Source of the DNA: Malacoraja senta
Lineage: Eukaryota
Length of the DNA: 64,000 nt
Assembly: GCA_038087875.1 (NCBI GenBank)
Contig: CM075991.1
Span: 5,084,001-5,148,000, forward strand
Direction of reading: 5' to 3'
A program made the position numbers and the translations under genes. The stretch's first letter is position 1. Each line of letters opens with the position of its first letter. The notes beneath the pieces are model-generated. The model searched no databases. It was not told the DNA's origin and saw only the letters and a program-made list of their open reading frames with translations. Below, one piece after another: positions 36,991 through 50,819 of this stretch.

Positions 36991-37469
36991 CCACCCATTT
37001 TTTTTTTCTTTCTTTCCTTTTAACATTGTTTGAAAATATATATGAATCAATTTTCCAGGAAGTCAGAGAGTGAGAGTCAGAATATTCAGCAATAGTCCAG
37101 TGTGTCTTTCATTATCAGCACATCTCCTTGCAAGTTTGTTTTTCACAACGTTAACCATGTCAGAAATACTTGGGGAACTAATTTATTTAAATAAAATAAT
37201 TGTCTAATTTACAGAATCAAATAGCCTTTTACAAACTGGAGATTTCCTTCAAACCTTTTACTAACAGCCACCAAATAATAATGGTTCTAACCTGCAACCC
37301 CCACACCCTTCCTTTATGAGGGGCTTTAATTTAATTAATAATGAAACACTCTTAGGTAGATCAAACATTTCTTTCACATAGCATATTGACATGTAAGGTA
37401 CAGTCAGGCTGATAAATGTGGGGTGGAACTTAAAGCTTTCGAAATGAAGAGAATTTGTGGATGATTGGT

Positions 37470-37812
37470 TAAGGTATGATGAGTGTTTGGCGGCACTGGG
37501 CCTGCACTCTCTGGAGTTTAGAACAATGAGGGGGGACCTTATTGAAACTTAATGAATAATGAAAGGCCTGGAAAGAGTGGATGTGGTGAGGATGTTTCCA
37601 TTAGAGTCTAGTACCAGGGTGCATAGCCGCAGAATAAAAGGACATACCTTTGGGTATTTTTAAGGCAGCTTGATTAGTATGGGTATCAAGGGTTAGGGGA
37701 TGAAGGCAGGAGAATGGGGTTGAGGGACAGATAGATCAGCCATGATTGAATGGCAGAATAAACCTGATGGGGCGAATGGCCCAATTCTGCTCCTATGACT
37801 TATGAACTTATG
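37470..37812 (+). mobile_element. Old CR1 3' fragment
   Basis: LGLHSLEFRTMRGDLIET and the CR1 3' stem-loop tail. Confidence 0.8.
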
Positions 37813-38982
37813 AGAATGGTGATGGGAGCAAAGTTCACTTGCCCATTCCAAACCTCTGTACTGTCAACCATGCCAGAGAAGACATAAATGAGTAACAAGT
37901 CCACAATGGCTCCCACAAGAGTTGGAAGTTTAGCTCACCTATCGGGTGGAAGTGGCCACTGCTTGGGTTGGTAGCGATGTGGGAAGAGCAGTTTTGTGGA
38001 TTCATGCTCTTTCCCACACGACATTCTGGTGAATCTCCTCTGCCTTCGTAACCACCTGCTAGCAACCTGGGCTGCCACTTTCAAGAATCTCTGGACTTTT
38101 ACACCAAAGTCTGTCAGTTCCTCAATAATCCCTCAGAGGGTACCATTACTGGTAGATGTCCTTGCCTTATTAAAAATGTTGTGCATGATCTCCTGCACTG
38201 TAGGGCAATATGGTGGCGCATTGGGGGCAGCATGGTGGTGCAGCAGTAGAGTTGCTATCTTACAGAACCAGAGACCTGGGTTTGATCCTGAAAACGGGTG
38301 CTCTCTGAAACTAAACTAAACTAAACTAAACTAAAGGGTAAGGACTTAATGCCAAGCCAAAGATGACAAAAACTGGGCAGATGACCAAAAGCATGACTGC
38401 AGGGACAATAGTCCGAACGTCATCTCCTCTACTAGGAGATGGATTGTGGCCAGCCGCAGCTGGAAGAAATTAAGTCTTTATCTGGCATGCAGATTTTGCA
38501 TTTACTACCACTACAGCTCACAACATTTGGAGCGCAAAGCCAAGATCACAGTTCCAGTAGACGGAGATTGGAACGCTACCAAGAAATGCAGGCCCCTATT
38601 CCTTTCATTAGTTCCGGCGAACGTCTGCGGTTAGACTTAAATCCCTCTTTCTTTTTTAAGGTGAGCACACTATCACCTCTCCTCCTGACTGTTCCGTCTC
38701 CTTCAGTACCACTTTCATCGGACAAAGAGCTCAGTCAGCTTTTCTATGCGACGCATGGCGCTGAAAGATTGACGTTAAGCTGGAGTGAATACGTGGCAAT
38801 GTATGGAGGCTCGGAATGATCCACTCAGTTTCCGCTGTCTGCAGTAGTTACACAAGAAATCTTTTCTCCAAACCATCAGTTTGCCCGACAGACCTGAAAG
38901 CAATTGCATTAAAGTGATGCGCTGAAGAATTTAGTCATGCTTACACATCGTTAAAGTTTTTAGCACAAAAATAGCTGCAGAC

Positions 38983-39403
38983 GCTTTATTCTTTGGAGCG
39001 CAGAAGGTTAAGGGGGGACTTGATAGAGGTCTTTAAAATGATGAGAGGGATAGACAGAGTTGACGTGGATAAGCTTTTCCCATTGAGAGTAGGGAAGATT
39101 CAAACAAGGGGACATGACTTGAGAATTAAGGGACAGAAGTTTAGGGGTAACATGAGGGGGAACCTCTTTACTCAGAGAGTGGTGGCTGTGTGGAATGAGC
39201 TTCCAGTGAAGGTGGTGGAGGCAGGTTCGTTTTTATCATTTAAAAATAAATTGGATAGTTATATGGACGGGAAAGGAATGGAGGGTTATGGTCTGAGCGC
39301 AGGTATATGGGACTAGGGGAGAATACGTGTTCGGCACGGACTAGAAGGGTCGAGATGGCCTGTTTCCGTGCTGTAAATTGTTATATGGTTATATGGTTAT
39401 ATA
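38983..39403 (+). mobile_element. Young CR1 3' fragment of a distinct subfamily with (GTTATATG)n tail
   Basis: Intact RRRLRGDLIEVFK..FTQRVVAVWNELP; short flanking repeat AGACGC at both ends. Confidence 0.9.
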
Positions 39404-40039
39404 GACGCCTCACTCTCCTATGCACCCCCTAACACATACCTTGCACATAGTTCCAAACATCTGCACTGCCCAACAGCATGAAAACTAAGCATGAAAACTG
39501 CATGAAAACAAAACACACAAGTCTGTGGTCATCCAGAGACGTTGCCCGCTATTGGATTTAGTGTGGAATCTTTAAGAAAATAACAAGTACAGAGGATCCA
39601 TGCCTTCTCCTGGTGATTGACAATGCCAATGTTTACATGTTTTAATCTCTTTCCCAAGGGTTTATTGTATTAAACACTGTGCTACGAAGAATGCTTTCAT
39701 TTCATTTACGTGTGTTTATCTGTGAGCTTTTAGTTTGGTTCAACATTTTCTCATCCGTGGTACTTTGACTGATTTATTTGGCAAACAAAACAGGTTTGAA
39801 CCCTGCAGTCATTGTGGCCAGCCTCGCTTCACCCTCCAATGCACCAAATGATGAGTCCAAGCCCCAAGTTGTTCATGCATGCCTTCCTGGTGTCAGTGCA
39901 TAGCATGTCTCTGCCATCTGAGTGTAAGTCCCACTCCATATACTCTAGATAGACACAAAAGGATGGAGTAAGTCAGCGGGACAGGCAGCATCTCTGGAGA
40001 GAAGGAATGGCTGACCTGGACCATAGTAATAAGATTCAT

Positions 40040-40440
40040 CAGCAGCATCCAAAATAAAACTAGGAATGGACAATAAAGGAAATATGACAACAGAAGGAAG
40101 GGAATAGTGCAAGATAAAGCCCAGTAAAATCCGATTAAAGCTAGTCCGAGGGTCTCCAATGAGATAGGTTGTAGCTTAGGACTACTCTCTAGTTGGGATG
40201 GTTCAGCTGGGATGAAATTGTCCCTAGATCAGTCTGAAGAAGGGCCTCGACCCGAAACGTCACCTATTCCTTCGCTCCATAGATGCTGCCTCACCCGCTG
40301 AGTTTCTCCAGCATTTTTGTCTACCTAAATCTGGAGATATGTGTTTTCAGACGTCTGTACCTCTTGCCTGATGGGAGAGGGGGGGAGAATTGTCCTTGAT
40401 TATGCTGGTGGTCTTGCCATGTAGATGGAGTCGAGTGTAG
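40040..40440 (-). mobile_element. Rex1-like 3' remnant interrupted by a PLE unit (~40229-40327)
   Basis: CTGTACCTCTTGCCTGATGGGAGAGGGG..TGTCCTTGATTATGCTGG is the reverse complement of IIKD..PLPSGKRY. Confidence 0.7.
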
Positions 40441-43427
40441 ATGTCGATAGATGAAAGTTTAAGAAGGAACTGCAGATGCTGGAAAATCGAAGGTAGACAA
40501 AAATCCTGGAGAAACTCAGCTGGTGAGGCAGCATCTATGGAGCGAAGGAAATAGATGAGATGAAAGCTGTGTTTAATTAGCTAGGATGCATCCTTTATCA
40601 GGACATTGAACTCACCAGTATGGGGGAATATCCTGGTTCCTGAGTTAGTATTGGGGGTGGAGGAGAGGAGGAAACCTCAGGAGCCATTATCAGTGCAACC
40701 TCCTCTCGTTCAGTGGAACCGATTGTGTAGTGACCTGCCCACAAACTGATACCTTTCAAAAATCCATTGTGATGTTTATAATGGCCATTGTGAGGGCCAG
40801 GCTTGTCCCGTGACGTCACAATCTATGAAGTCTCCCCATTTTGAACCCACGTTGGTTCAAACTATCAGCATCAGTTCAATGATTTAATTGACAACCAATT
40901 AGAATGGAGAAACTAGTTCCCATGGTTTCCTTGTGTCTACATCCAGCAGAATGCATGGTTGGTGGGACTGATTTGACTGTATCACGAATTAAAATAAAGC
41001 TGTATGCTTACAAGGGAAGTGGGCCTTTCAACTCCTCAAACCTGTCCCACAAATCAATTAGATTCTACGAGATCTACCAAAGACTTCATTGTGGAAAAGC
41101 ATTGGACCATCAAATCCCTTCCTAATTCTGAAACTCTTATCTGATCTCATAGTCCAAGGCTGAAACAGTACAGAATCACGCACTTAAGCCCACTGAGTCC
41201 CTGCTGACCATCAAGCACCGTCCTATACTAATCCCAAGTGGAATTGGGTTATCAAAGGTAATGATGGAGTGATAGGGGAATGGCCAATAAAACATGTAGG
41301 ATATCAGATGGGGACCTGCTTTGTATAACATAGAAACATAGAAAATAGGAGCAGGAGTAGGTCATTCGGCCCTTCGACCCAGCACCGCCATTCAATATGA
41401 TCATGGCTGATCAGCCAAAATCAGTACCCCGTTCCTGCTTTCTCCCCATATCCCTTGCTTCTGTTAGCCCTAAGAGCTATATCTCTCTCTTGAATACATC
41501 AGGTACATAGATCAGGTTGAATACAAGTGTAGGTGGTTCTCACAATCCTCATTATCAATAACATCAATAAGAATATAGTAATCTTATCTCCTATATTTAT
41601 ATCAAATCATGAACATACATGACAAGGTCCTAGCACCAATCCCTATAGTATAGTACTATACTACTTTTCACATATACACCCTTTGGCCCACAGAGTCTGC
41701 ACCAGCCATAAACTATCCATTTACACTAATCCCATTTTATTCTCCGCACTTCCTCATCAACTCCTCTCTCTTCCCCCCAAAATTTCTTCAACTCAGCTAC
41801 ACAATGGGGGCAATTTTACAGTGGCCCTACCAATCCACATATATTTCAGGCGATCTAATCCAGTTTCTCTATTCTCACTTCCCCAACCATTTGACTTTTA
41901 TTCCATCTATTATAATTTTCTGATAAACTCTGTGAAGTTCCAAACTTTTACCTGCTCAGGTAGGATAGAACGAGTGTATGGGGATCGCTGGTCGGCGCGG
42001 ACTCGGTGGGCCGAAGAAACTGTTTCCAGGCAGCACCACTAAATTAAACTGAGCCAAACTAAGCTAAACTAAGCTAAACTAAACTAAACTAAACTAAACT
42101 GGGGTGTCCCTCCTCACCAGTGTTCTCAGTGACCTGATTGAGTACAGTATGTAGCCTGGTTAATTTAAGAGACCTTTCAATGAACCCAAGACAGACACAA
42201 ACTGCTGGAGTAACTCAGAGGGACAGGCAGCATCTCTGGAGAGAAGGAATGGGTGACGCTTAAGGTTGAGACCCTTCTTCAGACCGATAGTCAAGGGAAC
42301 CCACACAGGCTGTTGCCTGCCAGCTGCAGATTTCACCAGAGACAAAAACTGGGCAAGTTCAAATATTTGACTTTCAAATTTCTGATAAGAGCGTGCATCA
42401 GGATAGAAAGTGTCATCGGCTGGGAATCACTCATGCAGTGCCTGGGTTTCCCGATCAACAAGCTGCTGTTTCAGATAATCCTAAGGTTAAGGAGGATTTT
42501 AGAATTCAGCAAAGGAGGAGAAGGAAAATGACAACAGAAGGAACAGGGACAGAAGTAGCAACATGTGTCTGCTCCATTTTTCAATGTAATCACATCCACT
42601 CCTGACCTTGACAACAAGGTAGAGAATTCCACAGATTTAAAGCCCTCTGATTAAAGAAATTATTAGTGCAGGTGTCAGAGGTTATGGGGAGAAGGCAGGT
42701 GAAGGGGGTTAGGAGGGAGATATAGATCAGGCATGATTGAATGTATAGGAAGGAACTGCAGGTGCTGGTTTAAACCAAAGATAGACACAAAAAGCTGGAA
42801 TAATTCAGCAGGACAGGCAGTATCTGGAGAGAAGGAATGGGTGATGTTTTGGGCTGAGACCCTTCTTCAGACTTGCATGATTGAATGGCAGAGTAGATTT
42901 GATGGGCCGAATGGCCTAATTCTACCCCAATTCCTTCTGACTGTATCTTTCTTCACCTCAGTCCTGAATCCTAATCCTGAAACCATGACGGATTGTTTCT
43001 CGACTTGTCAGCTGTAGAAACAGCTCTTCAGCCTTTACCCTACTAATCCCTCTCAAATAGAAGATTTTTTAAAAAGGCAAAGAAAACAAATGTATTCTAA
43101 GCTACATAAAGGGGAAGGTTGAAGAGAACATCGACTGAGAAACAAGGAACCTGCCGATGCTGGTTTACAACAACAAAAAAGACACAAATGGAGTAATTCA
43201 ACGGGTCAGGCAGCATCCTTGGGGAACATGGATAGGTGATGTTTTGGATCGGGACCCCTATCCAGACACTGTAATGTACAAAGAGGTAGGTGACTGTGAT
43301 ATGCTGGAGACCAATTTTGCCCGGGTGAAATAATTGCTTTTGGAGCTATCCAAGTGAGGGGATTTAATATTCGTTAATCACAGCTGATATATCCAAAGGG
43401 GCGAGACGTGAAATTAATTGTATTACC

Positions 43428-43940
43428 TGGGCACAATGTTATAGGAAAGATATTGTCAAGCTTGAAAGGGTTCAGAAAAGATTTAAAGAGGATATTGCCA
43501 GGACTAGAGGGTGTGAGCTATAGGGAGAGGTTGATTAGGCTGGGTCTCCATTCCATGGAGCATAGGAGGATGAAGAGAGATCTTAAAGAGGTATACAAAA
43601 TCATGAGAGGAATAAATCGGGTAATTGCACAGAGTCTTTTACCCAGAGTAGGGGAATTGAGGACCAGAGGACAAAGGTTCAAAATGAAGGGGAAAAGATT
43701 TAATAGGAATCCGGGTGGTAACTTTTTCACACAGAGTGTGGTGGGTGTTTGGAACAAGCTGCTAGAGGTGGTAGTTGAGTCTGGGACTATTGCATTGTTT
43801 AAGAAACAGTTGGAAAGGTACATGGATAGGACAGATTTGGAGGGACAGGCAAGTGGGACTAGGGTAGCTGGGACATTGTTGGCCACGTGTAGGCGAATTG
43901 GGCCGAAGGGCCTGTTTCCACACTGTATTAATCTATGACC
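43428..43940 (+). mobile_element. Old CR1 3' fragment
   Basis: ILPGLEGVSYRERL, FFTQSVVGVWNKL. Confidence 0.88.
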
Positions 43941-44037
43941 TCCACCTAATCACAGACAAGAGATGCAGAAGTTTGAAAATGCATACCTACAGATTCAGTT
44001 GAAAATGCATACCTACAGATTCAGTTCTGAAGAAGTT

Positions 44038-46158
44038 CTGACAGTGGATATGCAATGGAAGGCATTTAAAGACTGCATGGATGAACTACAACAATTGTTC
44101 ATCCCAGTTTGGCAAAAGAATAAATCAGGGGAGGTAGCGCATCCATGGATAACAAGGGAAATCAGGGATAGTATCAAACCAAAAGATGAAGCATACAAAT
44201 TAGCCAGTAAAAGCAGCCTACCAGAGGACTGGGAGAATTTCAGAGTCCAGCAGAGGAGGACAAAGGGCTTAATTAGGAAAGGGAAAATAGATTATGAAAA
44301 AAAACTAGCAGGGAACATAAAAACTGACTGCAAAATTTTTATAGATATGTGAAGAGGAAAAAGATTAGTTAAAACAAATGTAGGTCCCTTGCAGTCAGAA
44401 ACTGGTGAATTGATCATGGGGAACAAGGATATGGCAGACCAATTGAATAACTACTTTGGTTCTGTCTTCACTAAGGAAGACATAAATAATCTGCCGGAAA
44501 TAGCAGGGGATGAGATGGAGGAACTGAGTGAAGTCCCAGTTAGTCGGGAAGTGGTGTTAGGTAAATTGAATGGATTAAAGACCGATAAATCCCCAGGGCC
44601 AGACAGGCTGCATCCCAGAGTACTTAAGGAAGTAGCCCCAGAAATAGTAGATGCATTAGTGATAATTTTTCAGAACTCTTTAGATTCTGGAGTAATTCCT
44701 GAGGATTGGAGGGTAGCTAATGTAACCCTACTTTTTAAAAAGGGAGGGAGATAGGAAACGGGGAATTACAGACCAGTTAGTCTAACATCGGTAGTGGGGA
44801 AAATGCTAGAGTCGGTTATTAAAGATGGGATAGCAGCACATTGGGAAAGTGGTGAAATCATTGGACAAAGTCAGCATGGATTTATGAAAGGTAAATCATG
44901 TCTGACGAATCTTATAGAATTTTTCGAGGATGTAACTAGTAGAGTGGATAAGGGAGAACCAGTGGATGTGTTATATCTGGACTTTCAGAAGGCTTTCGAC
45001 AAGGTCCCACAAACTTAAAGCACACGGTATTGAGGGTTCAGTATTGATGTGGATAGAGAACTGGCTGGCAGACAGGAAGCAAAGAGTAGGAGTAAACGGG
45101 TCCTTTTCAGAATGGCAGGCAGTGAATAGTGGGGTACCACAAGGCTCAGTGCTGGGACCCCAGCTATTTACAATATATATTAATGATCTGGATGAGGGAA
45201 TTGAATGCAACATCTCCAAGTTTGCGGATGACACGAAGCTGGGGGCAGTGTTAGCTGTGAGGAGGATGCTAGGAGGCTGCAAGGTGACTTGGATAGGTTG
45301 GGTGAGTGGGCAAATGCATGGCAGATGCAGAATAATGTGGATAAATGTGAGGTTATCCACTTTGGTGGCAAAAACAGGACAGTAGACTATTATCTGAATG
45401 GTGGCCGATTAGGAAAAGGGGAGTTGCAACGAGATCTGGGTGTCATGGTACACCAGTCATTGAAAGTAGGATGCAGGTGCAGCAGGCAGTGAAGAAAGCG
45501 AATGGTATGTTAGCATTCATAGCAAAAGGATTTGAGTATAAGAGCAGGGAGGTTCTACTGCAGTTGTACAGGGTCTTGGTGAGGCCACACCTGGAGTATT
45601 GCGTACAGTTTTGGTCACCAAACCTGAGGAAAGACATTCTTTCCATAGAGGGAGTACAGAGAAAGTTCACCAGACTGATTCCTGGGATGGCAGGAGTTTC
45701 ATATGAAGAAAGACTGGATAGACTCGGCTTGTACTCGCTAGAATTTAGAAGATTGAGGGGTAATCTTATAGAAACTTACAAAATTCTTAAGGGGTTGGAC
45801 AGGCTAGATGCAGGAAGATTATTCCTGATGTTGGGGAAGTCCAGAACAAGGGGTCACAGTTTAAGGATAAGGAGGAAGTCTTTTCGGACCAAGATGAGAA
45901 AATCATTTTTTACACAGAGAGTGGTGAATCTGTGGAATTCTCTGCCACAGAAGGTAGTTGAGGCCAGTTCATTGGCTATATTTAAGAGGGAGTTAGATGT
46001 GGCCCTTGTGGCTAAAGGGATCAGGGGGTATGGAGAGAAGGCAGGTACAGGATACTGAGTTGGATGATCAGCCATGATCATATTGAATGGCGGTGCAGGC
46101 TCGAAGGACCGAATGGCCTACTCCTGCACCTATATTCTATGTTTCTATGTTTCTATGT
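44038..46158 (+). mobile_element. CR1-clade LINE, 5'-truncated (~2.1 kb), several frameshifts and a stop
   Basis: Same family as 882-2722; RT split over ORFs 43963-46058; (TTTCTATG)n tail. Confidence 0.95.
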
Positions 46159-46496
46159 TAAGGGTCTTGACCCGAAATGTCACCCATTCCTTCTCTCCAG
46201 AGATGGTGCCTGTCCTGCTGAGTTACTCCAGCATTTTGTGTCTACCGATAGATTCAGGGACATTTTCTTCCTAGCTGTTATCAGGCAACTGAACAGTCAT
46301 GTCATCAGTTAGAATGCAGTCCTGACCTCATTGGAGACCTTTGAACTATCTTGAATCAGAACTTATCGGCCTTTATCTTGCATTAAATGTTGTACCCTTT
46401 CTTCTTGATCTGTGCACTGTGGACGGTTCGATTGTAATCATGTACAGTCTGACAGGATAGCACACAATTAAAAAGCTTTTCACTATACCTCTGTAG

Positions 46497-46672
46497 GGGT
46501 GGCACGGTGACGCAGCGGTAAAGTTGCTGCCTTACAGCACTTGCAGCGCCCGGAGACCCAGGTTCGATCCCGACTACGGGTGCTGCCTGTACGGAGTTTG
46601 TACGTTCTCCCTGTGACCTGGTTGGCGCACAACAGGTGGGCCGAAGGGCCGGTTTCCGCGCTGTATCACTAA
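46497..46672 (+). mobile_element. Internally deleted V-SINE inside a Rex1-like 3' UTR
   Basis: Head GGGGTGGCACGGTGACGCAGCGG, B-box GGTTCGATCCC, start of the V domain joined to the tail. Confidence 0.85.
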
Positions 46673-47597
46673 AGGTGACAATAATAAACTAAATTAAACT
46701 AACACTAAACAACTTAGGACATGTTTGTTTTCTAACTTTTATAGCTCTAATTAAGGGTCATTGGCCTGAAACAAGAACTCTGTTTCTCTCTCCACAGATG
46801 ACTGCAGTTTTTTTTACCTGTTTGATTCTTGTTTGGCTCAATGAAATCACCTCGCACTCTTCAAACTGGCTGTGTATTGATCCGTTCTATTCAATCATAA
46901 CAGGAGATGCTGGAAATACTGAGCAGGTTGGTAACAACCGCAGAGAGAAACAGATGGGAAAACAAAATGTTTCACTGTCTCTCGGTACGTGACAATAATA
47001 AGCCAATACCACTCCCAATACAAATAGCAAGAGCGAATATATATTTTGGGTCACTGACACCTCAGCTCAGGTCTCCTCGTAGAAAATATGACCATGATTT
47101 AAAGCAGAAATTCGGATGTGTGACTCAGAGCTTGGTCAAAGTGCTGGGTTTAATTAAAGAGAGCGGTAGAGGTTCAGGGAAGGAACATCTCAGTTTTGAC
47201 TGAACTCAATTTAAGACCATCAGATATAGGAGCAGAATTTGGCTATTCAGCCCATCGAGTCTACTCTACCATTCATTTATGGATGATAGACACAAAATGT
47301 TGGAGTAACTCAGCGAGGCAGGCAGCATCTCTGGAGAGAAGGAATGGGTGACGTTTTGGGTCGATACCCTTCTTCAGACTGAGTCTGAAGTCTGAGTTCT
47401 TCAGTTTGAAGCAGGGTCTCGACCCGAAACAAAACATCACCCATTCCATCTCTCCAGAGGTGCTACCTGTCCCGCTGAGTTACTCCTTCACACTTCCTAT
47501 TCATTTTTAGCTGATCCATTTTTCCCTCTCAACCTTAGTCTCCTGTTATCTCCATGTAAACTTTGACACCCTTACTAATCAAAACTAATCAAGTTTC

Positions 47598-47985
47598 AAT
47601 GAGAAGGAACCTCATTGAAACTTGCCGAATAGTGAACGATCTGGATAGAGTGGCTGTAGAGAAGATGTTTCCACTAGTGGGAGAGTCCAGGACCAGAGGC
47701 CAACGCCTTAGAATAAGAGGATGTACCTTTAGTAAGGTGATGGATAGTTTATTTATTCAGAGGCTGGTGAATCTGTGGAATTCATTGCCTCAGACAGCTA
47801 AGGAGGCCACATCAATGAATGGTTTTGGGGCGGAGATTGACAGATTCTTGATTAGTAAGGGAGTCCGGGGTTATGGGGCGAAGGCAGTGGAATGGGGTTG
47901 AGAGGGAAAGATAGATCAGCCATGATTAAATGGCGGAGTATATTTGATGGGCCGAATGGCCTAATTCTGCTTCTAGAACTTATGA
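47598..47985 (+). mobile_element. Old CR1 3' fragment
   Basis: MFPLVGESRTRG, FIQRLVNLWNSLPQ. Confidence 0.85.
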
Positions 47986-48970
47986 AGATCCCAGTGGTCA
48001 GGCAAAGGGGGTAGGAAAAATGCTCAACGGGAACAGATTGGAAGGAGCGTTTCGATAGATTGAGTTTGCAGAGGTAGAGAATGAGGCAGGAAGGTGAAGG
48101 GAAGTCGTGTTAGTACAGGGAGCACATGATGGCTGAAGGTAGAAGCAAATATCTGCATAAGTCTGGAGTGCCAGAGAATTCTAAGAAATGTCTCTGAACT
48201 CTCCATGAACTGTAGATGTTTTCTGTTGTCGGTACAACCAGTCATTAAGACCTTTACCTCAGCACAGCAAGCACAGGCTGGAAGGATTTATTTAACACAG
48301 CAAGTGGTTGTGATCTGGAACAGGGAGCTCAAAGAGGCGAAAGAAACAGATTCAAGGGGACTTTCAAAATGGAACTGAATAAACGTTGGATGGGAACTTA
48401 ATTACAGAGAGCGTAAGAAGTCGCAGGCCATTCGCCCCCTCCACCTGCCATGTTAATCAATGTGGCCATGGCTGATTTCTTACCGCAGTGACCTTTGCAG
48501 TGAGGACAGATACAAAGTAATTAATCGATTAATACTGTATGGACCTGCAGATGCCGGTTTACAAAAAGGAAAGACACAAAATGCTGGAGTAACTCAGCAG
48601 GTCAGACAGCATTCTCTGGAGAACATGCATCGGTAATGTTTCGGGTGTGAAGAAGGGTCCTAACTCAAACCATCACTTAACCATGTTCTCCAGTGATGTT
48701 GCCTGACCCGTTGAGTTACTACAGCACCTAGTGCCTTTAAAAAAATAATTAATATCTCTGCTGTTCCTCCACTGGAACAGTCCAGTTCAGGAAAGGGCCC
48801 TTTGGCCACAATGTTTGCACCGAACATGATGCCAGGAAGGAACTGCAGATGCTGGTTTACACCGAAGATAGACACAAAAAGCTGGAGTAACTCAGCGGGT
48901 CAGGCAGCCTCTCTGGAGAAAAGGAACAGATGACGTTTCAGGTTGAGACCCTTCAGACCCAGTCTGAAGA

Positions 48971-49419
48971 GTCAAGTCAAGTCAAGTCAAGTCACATTTA
49001 TCTATATAGCACATTTAAAAAACAACTCTCGTTGGCCAAAGTGCTTTACATTTGTATATAAGAATAGTATAAACAAACAAACTACATACATATATACATA
49101 TAGCCCTCGCTCAGAGGACGTCAAGAAAGGCTTGGGAGTATAGATGAGTTTTTAGTCTTGACTTAAAGGAGTCGATGAAGGGGACAGTTCTGATGGGAAG
49201 CGGGATGCTGTTCTACAGTCTAGGAGCTGCAACCGCAAAGGCGCGGTCGCCCCTGAGCTTATGCCTAGACCGCGGGATATTCAGCAACCCCAAGTTGGCC
49301 GATCAGAGGGACCTGGAGGTGGAGTGGTGGGTAAGAAGACTTTTAATGTAGGTGGGGGCAAGCCCATTGAGGGCTTTGTAGACACAGAGGAGGATCTTGA
49401 AATGTATACGGAACCGCAC
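48971..49419 (-). mobile_element. L2-clade LINE 3' fragment with (TTGAC)n tail
   Basis: Minus strand reads VRFRIHFKILLCVYKALNGLAPTYIKSLL..RGDRAFAVAAPRL*NS.P..FKSRLKTHLY, the classic L2 ORF2 C-terminus. Confidence 0.9.
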
Positions 49420-49929
49420 AAGAGGGGTCTCGACCTGAAACATCACCTATTCCTTTTCTCCAGAGATGCTGCCTGACCCGCTGAGTTACTCCTGCTGTTT
49501 GTATCTACCTGCTGTAGGCTGTGTTCTTCTTCTCCCCTCCCTGTGTAAACGGTACATCCATTTCAAAATTCTCATCCTGGTTTGCTGAGTTATATGAGCC
49601 CCATCACAACTCTGTAGAAACATAGAACTGCAGACGCTGATTTAGACCAAAGATAAACGCAAAGTGCTGGAATAACTCAGCGGGTCAGGCAACACCTCTG
49701 GAGAAAAAGGATAAGTGACGTTTCGGACCGGGACCCTTCTTCAGTCTGAAGAAGAGTCCTGACCCAACCCTATCCCTGTACTCCAGAGATGCTGCCTGAC
49801 TTGCTGAGTTACTCCAGCACTTTGTGTCTATCCCATCACAACACTGCTCCTTTAGGTTAAGAAAAAGAAACTCCTGCATTCCTTGCCTTCGAGGTTCTTC
49901 TTAGTGCGCTTTCCTGTGTTGTAAAGGAG

Positions 49930-50520
49930 AAAATGTAAGATGTGCACAGCAAGATCCCACAAGCAGCAGTGTGCTGATGGTCAAAGAACCAGGGGCCACA
50001 GTTTAAGAATAAGAAGTAAGCCATTTAGAACGGAGACGAGGAAACACTTTTTCTCACAGAGAGTGGTGAGTCTGTGGAATTCTCTGCCTCAGAGGGCGGT
50101 GGAGGCAGGTTCTCTGGATGCTTTCAAGAGAGAGCTAGATAGGGCTCTTAAAAATAGCAGAGTCAGGGGATATGGGGAGAAGGCCGGAACGGGGCACTGA
50201 TTGGGGATGATCAGCCATGATCACATTGAATGGCTCGTAGGGCCAAATGGCCTGCTCCTGCACCTATTGTCTATTGTCTATTGACTCTGCTGCATTGATG
50301 CTGAGGGAGGGGTAAATGTGGTTAAGAAAATAGGGAAACGCTGGCCTGCGCTTCTTCAAAATAAAGCCATGGATGGTTGATATCCAGGTAACGCTGCAGA
50401 TGGTATCTCTGCTTAACATCTCATGTGAATGAAAGCACCTCCGACAATGCAGAACTCACTCCCTAATCCACAGCCTGGACCATTGTGCTCAGTTCCTGGG
50501 AGTGGTCCTTGTGGAATAAC
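49930..50520 (-). mobile_element. Deu-domain SINE interrupted by a CR1 3' fragment (+ strand, ~49983-50283)
   Basis: TGTGCACAGCAAGATCCCACAAGCAGCA, CTTCTTCAAAATA.GCCATGGA and GCACCTCCGACAATGCAG match the recalled reverse Deu consensus. Confidence 0.6.
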
Positions 50521-50819
50521 AGAGTCATAAGAACAGAGTCTCCAAGACCCTTGTGATTTGGAATGTACTGCTGACAAGTATTGCTTGGCCAGATGTTTGC
50601 TATTCGTGAGCAGTAATTTTTAAGCAAGTGTCTGGTGTTTGTTGTCGGCTCCGCTGATAAGAAACACCAGACATTACCGTGCAAAAGCACTAAGGCAGCT
50701 GGTGCTGAAAATTGAAAGAAGTAGAAAATGTTGGAAGCACCCAGCAGGCCTGCCAGCATCTGTGAAGGAAGGAGCTATGAATAGCCAAATCATTGCTGCT
50801 ATTATTATTATTATTATTA

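Noticed and set aside
38439..38819. 126-aa ORF with an internal AAG|GTGAG
   Set aside because: No recognisable protein and no matching acceptor or frame support.
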